Below, one piece after another: positions 1 to 9,315 of a DNA stretch of 64,000 nt. The notes beneath the pieces are model-generated. The model saw only the letters and a program-made list of their open reading frames with translations, had not been told where the DNA came from and searched no databases. A program made the position numbers and the translations under genes. This stretch comes from a virus. The stretch is from the UHGV virus genome UHGV-0170778, one strand, 5' to 3'. Each line of letters opens with the position of its first letter. The stretch's first letter is position 1.

Positions 1-109
1 TTAACGCTATAAATGAATACATAAATCGTTATAATATAACACGAGACGAATTCATTGATCACATTGAAACCAAAGTAAATACGGGACATATCCCAATAAG
101 GAGAAACAA

Positions 110-1222
110 ATGAAATTCACACTAAATACAAAACCATTGTCAGATAGCTTGAATTTAGGTGTAATCAACAGCAATGTGTCTAAGTTCTACCAAAAAAGTA
201 CACTTGCTCAAATTACAGCTACTAAAACTACATTTAGAGTAAACTTAGAAGCAGCTTCTATTTTATCCGAGATTCAATTGAAAGGGTCGGGTGACGAAGA
301 TACTGAATCTGTTGCATTTGTAGATTGCTTGGTTCTGAAACAGCTTATTTCTACTATCAATACAGCTACAGTAACTTTTGAATTTACAGATTCTGGTTTG
401 ATTGTATATTCTGGTAAATCTAAGTTCACACTTCCTGAAGTAGTTGATTCTGATCTTGGCATTGAACTTGATAGGCCGGTAGATGACAATGAAGTAGAAG
501 GTAAGATTGCACTAGATAAAAACATTTGGAAATTTGTTAAAGATTATCAGCTATATGCTATTTCAATGTCTTTGATTTATCCTGTATATACAAAAGTATA
601 TGTAGGGAAAGACGGAGAAGTACTTGTAGGCGATTTTGATAATAGTTTGTTTACATATTCAAACAAAAGCAACTTAGGTTCTACTTGTTTGCTTACAGAT
701 ACAATTATCAATCTATTTGATTCTGTACCGGACGGAACAAACATCTACAAATCAGGCAAAAGTTATTATATGTCAACTGAAAGTGATGCTTATTCATTCA
801 GTGCTAAGTTTACGCCTTCTTATGAAGATGATGAAGGTGTAGGTACTTACAACGCACCTATTATTTTAGGGCTTATGTCTTCTGAACAAGATGATACTCC
901 CGTAAGAATTAAAGTATCTGATATGAATAAAGTCCTGAATCAGGCAGCACTGCTTTCAACTAGCACTGAAGATAGCATTACATTGAAATTTGACGGTTCC
1001 AGTCTTCATGTTTATGACAATAATGTTGACGCAGTAATTGAAGGAAATGGTCAATCAATTCAATATTCAGTTCCTTTCAAAACTACTATTTTGAAATCTG
1101 TCATTTCAAATGCACCAGAAGATGATGTAGCTATTTATCCTTTGTATACTGATGGATCTATCAATGGTGTTCGTTTCCAGTTCAAGGAACTTACTGTTGT
1201 TCTTGCAGGTGTGGAGGAGTAA
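110..1222 (+). CDS. dnaN: DNA polymerase III beta-type sliding clamp (DnaN-like)
   Basis: 370 aa, the DnaN size. N-terminus MKFTL resembles E. coli DnaN MKFTV. Motif LIVYSGKSKFTLPEVV resembles E. coli DnaN MLVRSGRSRFSLSTLP. AGGAG RBS 7 nt upstream. Lies beside clamp-loader genes. Confidence 0.65.
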   Translation: MKFTLNTKPLSDSLNLGVINSNVSKFYQKSTLAQITATKTTFRVNLEAASILSEIQLKGSGDEDTESVAFVDCLVLKQLISTINTATVTFEFTDSGLIVYSGKSKFTLPEVVDSDLGIELDRPVDDNEVEGKIALDKNIWKFVKDYQLYAISMSLIYPVYTKVYVGKDGEVLVGDFDNSLFTYSNKSNLGSTCLLTDTIINLFDSVPDGTNIYKSGKSYYMSTESDAYSFSAKFTPSYEDDEGVGTYNAPIILGLMSSEQDDTPVRIKVSDMNKVLNQAALLSTSTEDSITLKFDGSSLHVYDNNVDAVIEGNGQSIQYSVPFKTTILKSVISNAPEDDVAIYPLYTDGSINGVRFQFKELTVVLAGVEE

Positions 1223-2005
1223 ATGTCATTCAAAGCAATCAATCCTGATGCTTTGACGAAGTTTAATTCTGCAATATCTTCAGAGTTTATAAAAATGTAT
1301 GAAGGCTTTGTTTTATCAGACATACAAACTGATAGGATGAAGCCTTCATCTAAATCATTTGCTCCGTCAAGTATTAGATGTATGAGAAAAAGTTGGTTTC
1401 GGTTGAGAGGTAAAGAACCAGATAAGCTGAAATCTGTTGATGCTACATTAGAATTCAAAGCTAAGTTAGGTACAGCTATTCACGAAAATATACAAAGTAC
1501 ACTTTCATCTAATCTAGCAGAGAACTGGGTAGATACAAAGGATTACTTAAATAGTATACAGAATGAATGTAGCTGGCTTAAACAAGCTAAATTTGATGCG
1601 CATGGATTTGAAACTCGAGTTGAACTTTTTGAAATTCCTATCAGATTTAGTGTAGACGGAATTTTGAAACTTCAAAATGAACTATATCTACTAGAAATAA
1701 AAACATTAGATTTTGGGGATTTCAATGGTCTCACAGATATAAAGCAAAGTCATATAGATCAGGTAAAAACATATTTAACTTTATTAAATCTAGAAAATGC
1801 AATCGTTATGTATGTTGACAGACAATATGGATCTGTTAAGTGTTACAGCTATAGCATAAAGCAGTATGAACGAGATGAAATATTCAACAATATGCATCAT
1901 GTACTCAATTGTGTTGAAAGTAATATTGCACCTGACAGATTAGATTATTCTGATTACATGTGTACAAATTGTCCGTACAAGAAAAGTTGTAAGGAGTGGG
2001 GCTAA
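1223..2005 (+). CDS. PD-(D/E)XK nuclease with Cas4/RecB-like Cys cluster
   Basis: 260 aa. LLEIKTL matches the (D/E)xK core. One N-terminal Cys (IRCMRKSW) plus C-terminal CTNCPYKKSC, the pattern seen in Cas4/AddB-type Fe-S nucleases. Stop overlaps the dnaX start (TAATG). Confidence 0.55.
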   Translation: MSFKAINPDALTKFNSAISSEFIKMYEGFVLSDIQTDRMKPSSKSFAPSSIRCMRKSWFRLRGKEPDKLKSVDATLEFKAKLGTAIHENIQSTLSSNLAENWVDTKDYLNSIQNECSWLKQAKFDAHGFETRVELFEIPIRFSVDGILKLQNELYLLEIKTLDFGDFNGLTDIKQSHIDQVKTYLTLLNLENAIVMYVDRQYGSVKCYSYSIKQYERDEIFNNMHHVLNCVESNIAPDRLDYSDYMCTNCPYKKSCKEWG

Positions 2006-4365
2006 TGTCAAATAAACTTTCTTCAAAATCTCTGGCAGTAAAATATAGACCTAAAACATTTGAAGATGTAGTGGAACAGAGTGTAGTTACAGACATACTT
2101 AAAAACATTGCTACAAATTCTGATAATCTTACTCTCCGTAATTTTCTTTTGATTGGGTCTGCTGGAACAGGAAAGACTACTTGTGCAAGAATACTTGCAA
2201 ATGAATTGAATCATGGTGAGGGAGAACCTATTGAAATTGACGCAGCTTCTAACAATGGCGTAGACGCAATGCGAGGTATTGTAGATCAAGCTAAAACTTA
2301 TCCAATTGTAGGTAAGTATAAAGTGTTCATAATTGATGAATGTTTCCATAAAAATACACTTGTTGATACACCATTAGGCAAACGAAGAATTTCTGATATC
2401 AAACAAAATGATTTAGTTTACAATATGACTGGGACTGCTAGTGTTTCAAAGGTTTTGAAAAATAAAGTAAAAACTGATAACCTTGTATTAGTCTATGTTA
2501 ATGGTTCATCTATTTTAACAACAAAGGATCATCTATTCTTTACAAGTGATGGGTGGGTCAAAGCAAAAGATTTAGTTAAAGGTGATGTATTGTATGATAA
2601 CAAAACAATGCGAAGTTTGCGGCAAAATGTTTCAGTCTTATCCAAGCGACAATCGCAAAGCTTGCAGCAAGGAATGTGGGGAAATTCTTCGAGCAAAAAA
2701 CCTACAGAAATTTCTTTCAGAGAGACCAAAAACAGGATATACAAAAAAGTGTCCGATCTGTGGGAAAGTCTTTTATACACCTCAGTCAGTGAATTCGATA
2801 ACTTGTTCAAGCAAATGTTCCTATATTTACAAAAAACAACAAGGAATTTCAAAGAAGCAGACAGATATGTATGCTTCGCACAGGCAGGAATTTATTTGTC
2901 CTGTTTGCGGGAAGCATATGAACATCCGGAAGAGCGATCATCGGAAATATTGTTCAGTAGAATGTTCGGTGAAATCTCATCATATAGCCGAATTGCACCC
3001 AGATACCCAACTGCCCGCGAAGTCTTGTGTGATATGTGGAAATATGTTTATTCCGAAATCAAAACAAACGCAGACTTGCTCAAAGAGCTGCAGATATATT
3101 CTGATTGCTTCCAAAACACGAGGAAAAAAGAATCCAGAAGCGTCTGCACGGATGAAAGCTCACAACCCGATGGAAAATCCCGAAACTTTTGCGAAGATGA
3201 AAGCAACCAAGATGAAGAATGGGACATGGTCAAAGCCTTGTGTGAAGCGTGGCGGAAATGGGCATTTTACCAAGCCGCAGATACATCTTCATCAAGCATT
3301 AGGGAATGGATGGGTCTTAGAATATCCAGTGAAAACACATGTTTCAAAGCAGAACGAGATGCACTATCCTACGAATTACAAACTAGACCTTGCATTGCCG
3401 GAAAAGAAGCTTGGAGTCGAGGTGGATGGGAAAGACCACAATACGAAATCTCAACAGTTATTAGATCAGAAGAAAGTAACTTGCTTGGAGAATTTAGGGT
3501 GGACTGTGTTGAGGTTTTCAAACGAGGAAATAATGAACAACATTTCGAGCGTTATTTCAGTAATTCAGAATTATGTTCAGAAACTGTAGATATGTATGAT
3601 TTACAGATAGCAGGACATCCATCTTATTTCGTTGAAGGCGTTCTGGTTCATAATTGTCATGCCCTTAGTAACAGTTCTTGGCAAGCGTTATTGAAAGTTT
3701 TAGAAGAAGCTCCAGCTGCAAGTGTGTTCATGTTAGCTACAACAAATCCTGAAAAAATACCAGAAACAATTTTATCAAGAGTAATGACATTTCAGTTGTC
3801 TAAGATAAGTTTGTCTGGTATCTTTAATCGACTGAAGTATGTTTTAGATAAAGAAATTGAATCTGGAAGAAATATAAAATATGAAGAAGATGCAGTAAAC
3901 TTCATCGCTAAATTAGGTAATGGAGGTATGCGAGACAGCCTTACATTGCTAGATACAGCACTTTCTTATAGCAACAATATAACAATGGAGAATGTAGAAA
4001 AAAGTCTTAATCTTCCTAATTACAATGACTATTTTTCATTGCTTCAATCTATTGCAAAGAAAGACAACAAATCAATTATTGAAACAATATCTTCTGTTTA
4101 TAATTCAGGAGTTAATTTTGTAAAATGGTTTGAAGGTTTTCATTCATTTGTAATTAACATTGTTAAGTACATTAACATCCAAGATATTAACATGACAATG
4201 ATTCCAAGTACTTACTTAGATAAAATTTCTAAATATGGCCCTGCTCATTGTACAATATGCTTAAAACTGTCTAATATTCTAGTTAAACTTATTCATGAAT
4301 TAAAGTCAACAAACTATCAACAAGAAATGGCTATAACTTACTTATGTTCTGCTAAGAAAGGATAA
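2005..4365 (+). CDS. dnaX: DnaX-like clamp loader ATPase (tau/gamma family), interrupted by an intein
   Basis: KYRPKTFEDVV box, Walker A GSAGTGKTT, Walker B KVFIIDE. After the intein it resumes with CHALSNSSWQALLKVLEE, SRC-like ILSRV and sensor-2 GGMRDSLTLLD. The track start at 1996 is GTG; ATG at 2005 follows AAGGAG. Confidence 0.8.
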   Translation: MSNKLSSKSLAVKYRPKTFEDVVEQSVVTDILKNIATNSDNLTLRNFLLIGSAGTGKTTCARILANELNHGEGEPIEIDAASNNGVDAMRGIVDQAKTYPIVGKYKVFIIDECFHKNTLVDTPLGKRRISDIKQNDLVYNMTGTASVSKVLKNKVKTDNLVLVYVNGSSILTTKDHLFFTSDGWVKAKDLVKGDVLYDNKTMRSLRQNVSVLSKRQSQSLQQGMWGNSSSKKPTEISFRETKNRIYKKVSDLWESLLYTSVSEFDNLFKQMFLYLQKTTRNFKEADRYVCFAQAGIYLSCLREAYEHPEERSSEILFSRMFGEISSYSRIAPRYPTAREVLCDMWKYVYSEIKTNADLLKELQIYSDCFQNTRKKESRSVCTDESSQPDGKSRNFCEDESNQDEEWDMVKALCEAWRKWAFYQAADTSSSSIREWMGLRISSENTCFKAERDALSYELQTRPCIAGKEAWSRGGWERPQYEISTVIRSEESNLLGEFRVDCVEVFKRGNNEQHFERYFSNSELCSETVDMYDLQIAGHPSYFVEGVLVHNCHALSNSSWQALLKVLEEAPAASVFMLATTNPEKIPETILSRVMTFQLSKISLSGIFNRLKYVLDKEIESGRNIKYEEDAVNFIAKLGNGGMRDSLTLLDTALSYSNNITMENVEKSLNLPNYNDYFSLLQSIAKKDNKSIIETISSVYNSGVNFVKWFEGFHSFVINIVKYINIQDINMTMIPSTYLDKISKYGPAHCTICLKLSNILVKLIHELKSTNYQQEMAITYLCSAKKG
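2341..3654 (+). other. Intein (438 codons) inserted after the Walker B DE of DnaX
   Basis: Begins Cys (CFHKNTLVDTPLG, block A) with a TxxH block B (TTKDH). Ends VDMYDLQIAGHPSYFVEGVLVHN followed by the +1 Cys (blocks F/G). Removing it restores IIDE|CHALS, the canonical DnaX DExx box. The middle ~330 codons carry no recognisable LAGLIDADG or HNH motif in frame. Confidence 0.75.
2594..3589 (+). CDS. Zn-ribbon / Vsr(DUF559)-like homing-endonuclease-like gene nested in the +1 frame inside the intein
   Basis: +1 frame relative to dnaX/intein. Four CxxCGK...CSxxC zinc-ribbon modules. C-terminal KLGVEVDGKDHN...ENLGWTVLRF is the Vsr/DUF559-type nuclease signature. Paralogous to ORFs 34242..35939(-) and 36652..38211(+). 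Start uncertain (GTG 2582, ATG 2585 or ATG 2594; AAGGTG upstream). Confidence 0.6.
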   Translation: MITKQCEVCGKMFQSYPSDNRKACSKECGEILRAKNLQKFLSERPKTGYTKKCPICGKVFYTPQSVNSITCSSKCSYIYKKQQGISKKQTDMYASHRQEFICPVCGKHMNIRKSDHRKYCSVECSVKSHHIAELHPDTQLPAKSCVICGNMFIPKSKQTQTCSKSCRYILIASKTRGKKNPEASARMKAHNPMENPETFAKMKATKMKNGTWSKPCVKRGGNGHFTKPQIHLHQALGNGWVLEYPVKTHVSKQNEMHYPTNYKLDLALPEKKLGVEVDGKDHNTKSQQLLDQKKVTCLENLGWTVLRFSNEEIMNNISSVISVIQNYVQKL

Positions 4366-4369
4366 TTAG

Positions 4370-4930
4370 ATGCGACCTATAAAGTCTATAATAGAATCTA
4401 ATAGAGAAGATATACAAACAGCAAGAGAATTTTGTGATGATTTATATGACAAACAATTTGCTCCTTATTTCAAAGATACGCACGATCTTTTTGTTAGATT
4501 CCAAACAGATAGTAAGCCAATAACAAATGATGAGCTGTCGTCTATATTGACAATATGTCCGTTGAATATGATCAATGTTTCATCAAATCTAAGCGATCTA
4601 CGAAGACAGATGGAACTCTTCAAATTGAAGAATAAAGATATTAAAAATAATCTTTCTGGAAGTGAAAGTCTTCAAGATCTAGATGATTCAAGTTTAATTA
4701 TTGAAAATTCACTTATGATTTGTTTGTTTGACTCTGTTATAAAAAGAGTAGAAGGAGAAATTTCATACACTCGTGAATTGATCATGAGTGCAAAGAAATT
4801 ATGGGATTCTAGAATGAAAGAAAACGAACCTTCTCCTATTTCTGAAGTAGATGATAAGTTACCGGATTATACTTATCCAACTTCTGCAAAATCTAATAAA
4901 GATAATAGATCTAAATATATAATGGGGTGA
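4370..4930 (+). CDS. hypothetical protein
   Basis: 186 aa ORF packed tightly between dnaX and the recA-like gene. No recognisable motif. Confidence 0.35.
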   Translation: MRPIKSIIESNREDIQTAREFCDDLYDKQFAPYFKDTHDLFVRFQTDSKPITNDELSSILTICPLNMINVSSNLSDLRRQMELFKLKNKDIKNNLSGSESLQDLDDSSLIIENSLMICLFDSVIKRVEGEISYTRELIMSAKKLWDSRMKENEPSPISEVDDKLPDYTYPTSAKSNKDNRSKYIMG

Positions 4931-6084
4931 TACAATTGTCTACATATGCTGAAATTATCAAGAAAAAGAAAAAAGAATGGAACTGCGAAGGGCTTATGGA
5001 TGGGCACAATGCAGATCGAGGTCAAAAACTTCCTTTCTCGTCTCCTCTTATGAATTGGGCTACTTATGGGGGTATTCCTCGTAATAAGATTACTGAATTC
5101 TTCGGAGATCCGGGAGGAGGGAAGACCTCGACGGCAGTTGATGTTTGTAAGAACTGTATTGAAATTTTCAACAAAGAATACTCAGATAAAGTTGACTCAT
5201 TGAGAGAGCAAATTGCATCAGGTAACAAATCAGCTGTTTCTGAATTAGCAGATCTTGAAGATTTTGGTCCTAAAAAAGTACTTTACATTGATCTAGAACA
5301 TTCATTTGACGCTGCATGGTCAAAAACATTAGGTATTGATGAATCTGATATAGATGTAATGCAACCTCCTGATACTACCGCAGAAGAAATTATGCAAACA
5401 ATTCTAGATATAATTGAAACTGGCGAAGTAGGTATGATTGTTCTAGATTCTATTCCTTCACTTGTACCTAAGATGGAGCTAGAGAAAAACATTGGAGAAC
5501 GGACAGTATCTGCTCTTGCCGGACCTTTATCTGTATTTTGCAGAAAAGTAGTTTCTTTACTAACTAGATATCAATGTACATTGTTAATGATAAACCAAGT
5601 CAGAGACAATATGGATAATCCATATGTAGTTAATACTCCTGGAGGTAAAGCCCCTAAATTTTACTCGTCTCTTAGAATTCAGTTTAGAATTGGAGCTCCT
5701 GTAGATTTCCTCGGCATAGAACAGCCACAGAAATTTGAATCTCCTGCTGGATATCTAATAAAAGCTCAAATTGTAAAACAGAAGAGTGCACCTTGGGATA
5801 GAAAACAGGCTACTTATTATCTAATGTGCAAATCTGGAATTCGTCCAGATTTTGATTATGCTAATCTTGCAATCAACAAGTATGGGATAATCTGTAAGAA
5901 AGCAGCTTGGTTCACATTCACAGATCCACAAACAGGTGAAGTGTTAGAAAATGAATCTGGTATGCCTGTCAAAGTAAACGGACTTGCTCGTGTTTATGAT
6001 TACTTGAAAGAACATCCTGATTATTATAACAAATTGAAAGAATATATTACAAATGACATAAATGGAGCATCATCCGATGAATGA
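4927..6084 (+). CDS. RecA/UvsX-family recombinase
   Basis: Walker A FGDPGGGKTSTAVDV. MINQVRDNMDNPYVVNTPGGKAPKFYSSLRIQFR resembles RecA NQIR...GG.ALKFYASVRL. Start may be TTG 4936 (GGGGTG SD) rather than GTG 4927. Confidence 0.75.
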   Translation: MIQLSTYAEIIKKKKKEWNCEGLMDGHNADRGQKLPFSSPLMNWATYGGIPRNKITEFFGDPGGGKTSTAVDVCKNCIEIFNKEYSDKVDSLREQIASGNKSAVSELADLEDFGPKKVLYIDLEHSFDAAWSKTLGIDESDIDVMQPPDTTAEEIMQTILDIIETGEVGMIVLDSIPSLVPKMELEKNIGERTVSALAGPLSVFCRKVVSLLTRYQCTLLMINQVRDNMDNPYVVNTPGGKAPKFYSSLRIQFRIGAPVDFLGIEQPQKFESPAGYLIKAQIVKQKSAPWDRKQATYYLMCKSGIRPDFDYANLAINKYGIICKKAAWFTFTDPQTGEVLENESGMPVKVNGLARVYDYLKEHPDYYNKLKEYITNDINGASSDE

Positions 6085-6583
6085 AGTGACAAAAGATAAA
6101 AGTTCAAAACAAGAAAAAGCTGTTGCTGAATATCTAGGCGGAAATGTTGTCGTTGGTAGCGGAGCAAGGCAATTTCACCCTGGAGATGTTCTTTACGGTA
6201 GATATTTAATTGAATGCAAAACTCATATGCAAGTTCAAGATACAATCGTTTTCAAAAGATGCTTTTGGGACAAGATAAAAGACGAAGCTACTTCGCAATT
6301 CAAAGTACCTATGCTTGTCACAGATAATGGTACACAAAAGATAAAAAATACTTTTTGTATACTCCCATATAATTTTATACATCCATATTTCCGAGATGAA
6401 CTTATCTATGAAGTTTCGTTAAACATGAATATCAGAACTAATCTTATATTTCAGTTCAATGATATGAAATTAGATCTTTGCAAAGATGACGGTTTTGCAT
6501 ATTGTTATAATTTAGACTGGGGATGCGATAAAGTTTCAGTTTTGCCTTTATGTGCATTCAAACAGATATTAGAGGATGATTGA
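6077..6583 (+). CDS. putative PD-(D/E)XK nuclease (Hjc/RecU-like Holliday-junction resolvase candidate)
   Basis: GDVLYGRYLIECKTH gives D..ExK spacing typical of small resolvase-type nucleases. Sits next to the recombinase. ATG 6077 has a GGAG SD; the track start is 6062. Confidence 0.3.
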   Translation: MNEVTKDKSSKQEKAVAEYLGGNVVVGSGARQFHPGDVLYGRYLIECKTHMQVQDTIVFKRCFWDKIKDEATSQFKVPMLVTDNGTQKIKNTFCILPYNFIHPYFRDELIYEVSLNMNIRTNLIFQFNDMKLDLCKDDGFAYCYNLDWGCDKVSVLPLCAFKQILEDD

Positions 6584-7488
6584 ATATGCTTTCAATTCAA
6601 CAAGTAGGAAAAGAAATATTAGGAGATAATCCAAGTAACTTCTATGTTTTCTTAGGCAGTGAATATGGAATAAAGAAAAAGTATGTAGATCATCTATCTT
6701 TGTATTATGATGAAGTTATAGAGTTGGAGTATGTAGACGATGTTTTCAATCTTTTTAAGCAGAAGCATCTATTTGCTCCAAAACCAACACTGTATATTGT
6801 AAGATACGATAACAATTTTATTAAATCTATCAACAATAAAACAGAAGAATATATCAAGTCTTTGAAAATTGCTGGTACTATAGTTTGTATATATGAAGGT
6901 GATTCTATTGCTTCTAAGTGTAATAAGTATATTCCTGATATGTCTGTTTCTTTTGATAATATATCTGATGAATTATGTTTCAAATATTTGAAAAACGATT
7001 TCAAAGCGTTGAACGACACCGTGTTGAAATATATAGCAAAAAATTCACATGGATACTATCAAGCTAATATTATGTGTAATTCAATTGCTAATATATCCAA
7101 AGAAACTACATTACAGGACATTAAATATACATTTGATATAAACAATGAAACAACAGATGAAGAATTTAGACATAGTTTTATGAAAAAAGACTATGCTAAG
7201 TTAATAGATATGTTAGAAAGATACGAAGATTTAACTAATATTTATTATCTTATGCTCAATTCTTTGTTAGACATTGAAAAACAGCTAACATCTAGATACA
7301 AAAAAGCAAATGATTCAAATATATGGAATCTACAAGATGTTTACAACATGTTCATGAATGTATATCATGAGATAAAGAAAACAAGAAAAATTTCTTCATA
7401 TTCTATCAAATATAGTTTAGAGTATTTATTCAGCTTGCTTAATTATCAACAAATACCGTCTGTAGGTGATTTAGAATGGAATTTATAA
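6580..7488 (+). CDS. hypothetical protein; possible clamp-loader delta-like subunit
   Basis: 302 aa, immediately upstream of and overlapping an AAA+ clamp-loader subunit. Assignment rests on position only. Confidence 0.25.
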   Translation: MNMLSIQQVGKEILGDNPSNFYVFLGSEYGIKKKYVDHLSLYYDEVIELEYVDDVFNLFKQKHLFAPKPTLYIVRYDNNFIKSINNKTEEYIKSLKIAGTIVCIYEGDSIASKCNKYIPDMSVSFDNISDELCFKYLKNDFKALNDTVLKYIAKNSHGYYQANIMCNSIANISKETTLQDIKYTFDINNETTDEEFRHSFMKKDYAKLIDMLERYEDLTNIYYLMLNSLLDIEKQLTSRYKKANDSNIWNLQDVYNMFMNVYHEIKKTRKISSYSIKYSLEYLFSLLNYQQIPSVGDLEWNL

Positions 7489-8255
7489 ATCAAAAAGAAG
7501 CTATACTAGAGCTTAAAAGATATGCAGAATCTGATAAACATACTGTTCTTATTTCAGGCGTTTCTGGTTCTGGTAAATCTTATCTTGCTATGCAATACGC
7601 TAAGTTACTTAAAATTGATGATTCTGTCTTTGTAGAACCTAAAGTAAATAATTTGAAAGACGGTATTGCTCAGTGCATAGTTAACAATAAACCTATTGTT
7701 TTTTGTATTGAAAATCTAGATACTGGTGTGTCTGCAGCTTCATATTCTATACTTAAATTCATTGAAGAGCCTATGTCTACTATATACACAGTTATCACAT
7801 GTAGAAACATAAAACAGATTCCAGATACTATTTTAAGTCGTAGCTGCATGATTTCTTTGTGCCCTCCTACAAACGCAGATATTGATTTATATGCAAAGAA
7901 AACAGATTTGCTTCTGTATGAAAGACTGCATAATAAAAGTATATGGAAATGTGTTCATTCTTTCAAAGAAGTTGATGAATTATACAAATATTCTGTAGAT
8001 GAAATAGAATATATAGAGAATATAGTATCTAACATTTCTTCTAACAATAATGTGTCTTCTATTGTTTGGGCAATACAGAAATTACCTTCTGGAAAAGATG
8101 CTCCTATACATCTTGTTTTGAAGCACATTGCAGATTTAGATAATCGACAGTATATACATAAATGCTGTATTGATTGTTTGAATGACATAGATGCTAATGT
8201 TATCTCTAAAAATGCAGCAATAGCTAAATTTGTATTTGATTACAAATATGCATAA
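7476..8255 (+). CDS. AAA+ clamp-loader subunit (delta-prime/RFC-small-like)
   Basis: Walker A ISGVSGSGKSYLA, Walker-B-like IENLD, SRC motif ILSRSCMISL. Confidence 0.5.
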   Translation: MEFINQKEAILELKRYAESDKHTVLISGVSGSGKSYLAMQYAKLLKIDDSVFVEPKVNNLKDGIAQCIVNNKPIVFCIENLDTGVSAASYSILKFIEEPMSTIYTVITCRNIKQIPDTILSRSCMISLCPPTNADIDLYAKKTDLLLYERLHNKSIWKCVHSFKEVDELYKYSVDEIEYIENIVSNISSNNNVSSIVWAIQKLPSGKDAPIHLVLKHIADLDNRQYIHKCCIDCLNDIDANVISKNAAIAKFVFDYKYA

Positions 8256-8280
8256 TCGTTAATGTAATTGAGGTGTAATT

Positions 8281-9228
8281 ATGGTATATTATTATAGTGG
8301 TGGATTAACTAGAACAATGGCAGATATGTTGAAAAATGTACCTAATTTCGAGCCTATTGCTGTTCTAGTTTCTCAGCTTGATAGAAATTCAATTAAAAAG
8401 ATGTTTGAATATCAAGAAGAAGGTATAGTAAAGAAGCTATTTATTGATAGCGGTGCATATTCCGTACATACAGGAAAAGCTAAAGTAGACATTGATGAGT
8501 ATATTAGCTATGTAAATTCTATTGACGACCATATTGATGCAGTAGCTCAAGTTGATACTATTCCTGGAACATTTGGAAAGCCAAAATCTAAAGAAGATTA
8601 TGAAAACTCTTCTAAGAAATCGTGGGAGAACTTCTTGTATATGTATTACAAGATGAAGTCTCCAGAAAAGCTAATTCCTGTTTTTCATTATGGCGAGTCT
8701 TTTGACACTCTGAGAAATATGTTAGAGTGGAGAGACAAAGACGGAAATAAGCTAACTTATTTAGGTATCTCTCCCGCAAATGATAGTGCGCAGAAAGTTA
8801 AAAATGAATACATGAAAAATGTGTATGATGTTATTGCTGAATCATCTAATCCAAATGTAAGAACACATTTATTTGGAATGACATCATTAGATGCTTTATC
8901 TAAGTATCCTGCATATTCTGCAGACAGTGTATCTCATCGACTTATTGGCGGATACAATAAAATAATGGTACCTGAATTTGGTGTAATTTCACTTTCCAAG
9001 AGAAGTCGTACAACTAAATCTAAATCAAATATGAATTTCTTAGATACAGCAGACGAAATGGCTATTGCAAAATTGAAGAAATATTTAGATTCGTTAAATA
9101 TTACATTAGAGCAATGCGAAGATCATCACGCAGCAAGGTGTGTTGTTACAATGTGTACTATTGCTAAACACCTAAAAGATCATCCGTATCAGCCTACAAA
9201 TGTATGCAAGTCAAAGCGCCTTTTCTAA
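8281..9228 (+). CDS. dpdA: DpdA-like (tRNA-guanine transglycosylase-family) DNA 7-deazaguanine transglycosylase
   Basis: 315 aa. LFIDSGAYS near the N-terminus (DpdA-type DSGAF-like motif as I recall it). HLFGMTSLD TIM-barrel-like motif. C-terminal Cys/His cluster HHAARCVVTMCTIAKH. Directly upstream of a full preQ0/preQ1 biosynthesis operon. Confidence 0.5.
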   Translation: MVYYYSGGLTRTMADMLKNVPNFEPIAVLVSQLDRNSIKKMFEYQEEGIVKKLFIDSGAYSVHTGKAKVDIDEYISYVNSIDDHIDAVAQVDTIPGTFGKPKSKEDYENSSKKSWENFLYMYYKMKSPEKLIPVFHYGESFDTLRNMLEWRDKDGNKLTYLGISPANDSAQKVKNEYMKNVYDVIAESSNPNVRTHLFGMTSLDALSKYPAYSADSVSHRLIGGYNKIMVPEFGVISLSKRSRTTKSKSNMNFLDTADEMAIAKLKKYLDSLNITLEQCEDHHAARCVVTMCTIAKHLKDHPYQPTNVCKSKRLF

Positions 9229-9315
9229 AATCACCTTATATAGGGCAAGAAGTTAATATCTTCCAGTTTTGTAACTACTCTGACAGCCTGGAAGTTAAAT
9301 AATAAAAATAAGGAG

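Noticed and set aside
274-525. minus-strand ORFs embedded in well-supported + strand genes (274..525, 1135..1458, 2023..2349, 5283..5492, 18143..18762, 43124..43489, 45491..45772, 63279..63497 and others)
   Set aside because: They are antisense within conserved CDS (DnaN, terL, tape measure, capsid) and have no RBS. These are typical shadow ORFs.
2341-3654. in-frame homing endonuclease domain within the intein
   Set aside because: I looked for LAGLIDADG, HNH and GIY-YIG motifs in the intein reading frame and found none. The only endonuclease signature lies in the +1 frame, which is reported as a finding.
3751-3760. possible dnaX programmed -1 frameshift (tau/gamma) at GAAAAAATAC
   Set aside because: The heptamer in the dnaX frame reads A-AAA-ATA, not a canonical X-XXY-YYZ slippery site. 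There is no obvious downstream structure and no short -1 frame stop context resembling E. coli dnaX.
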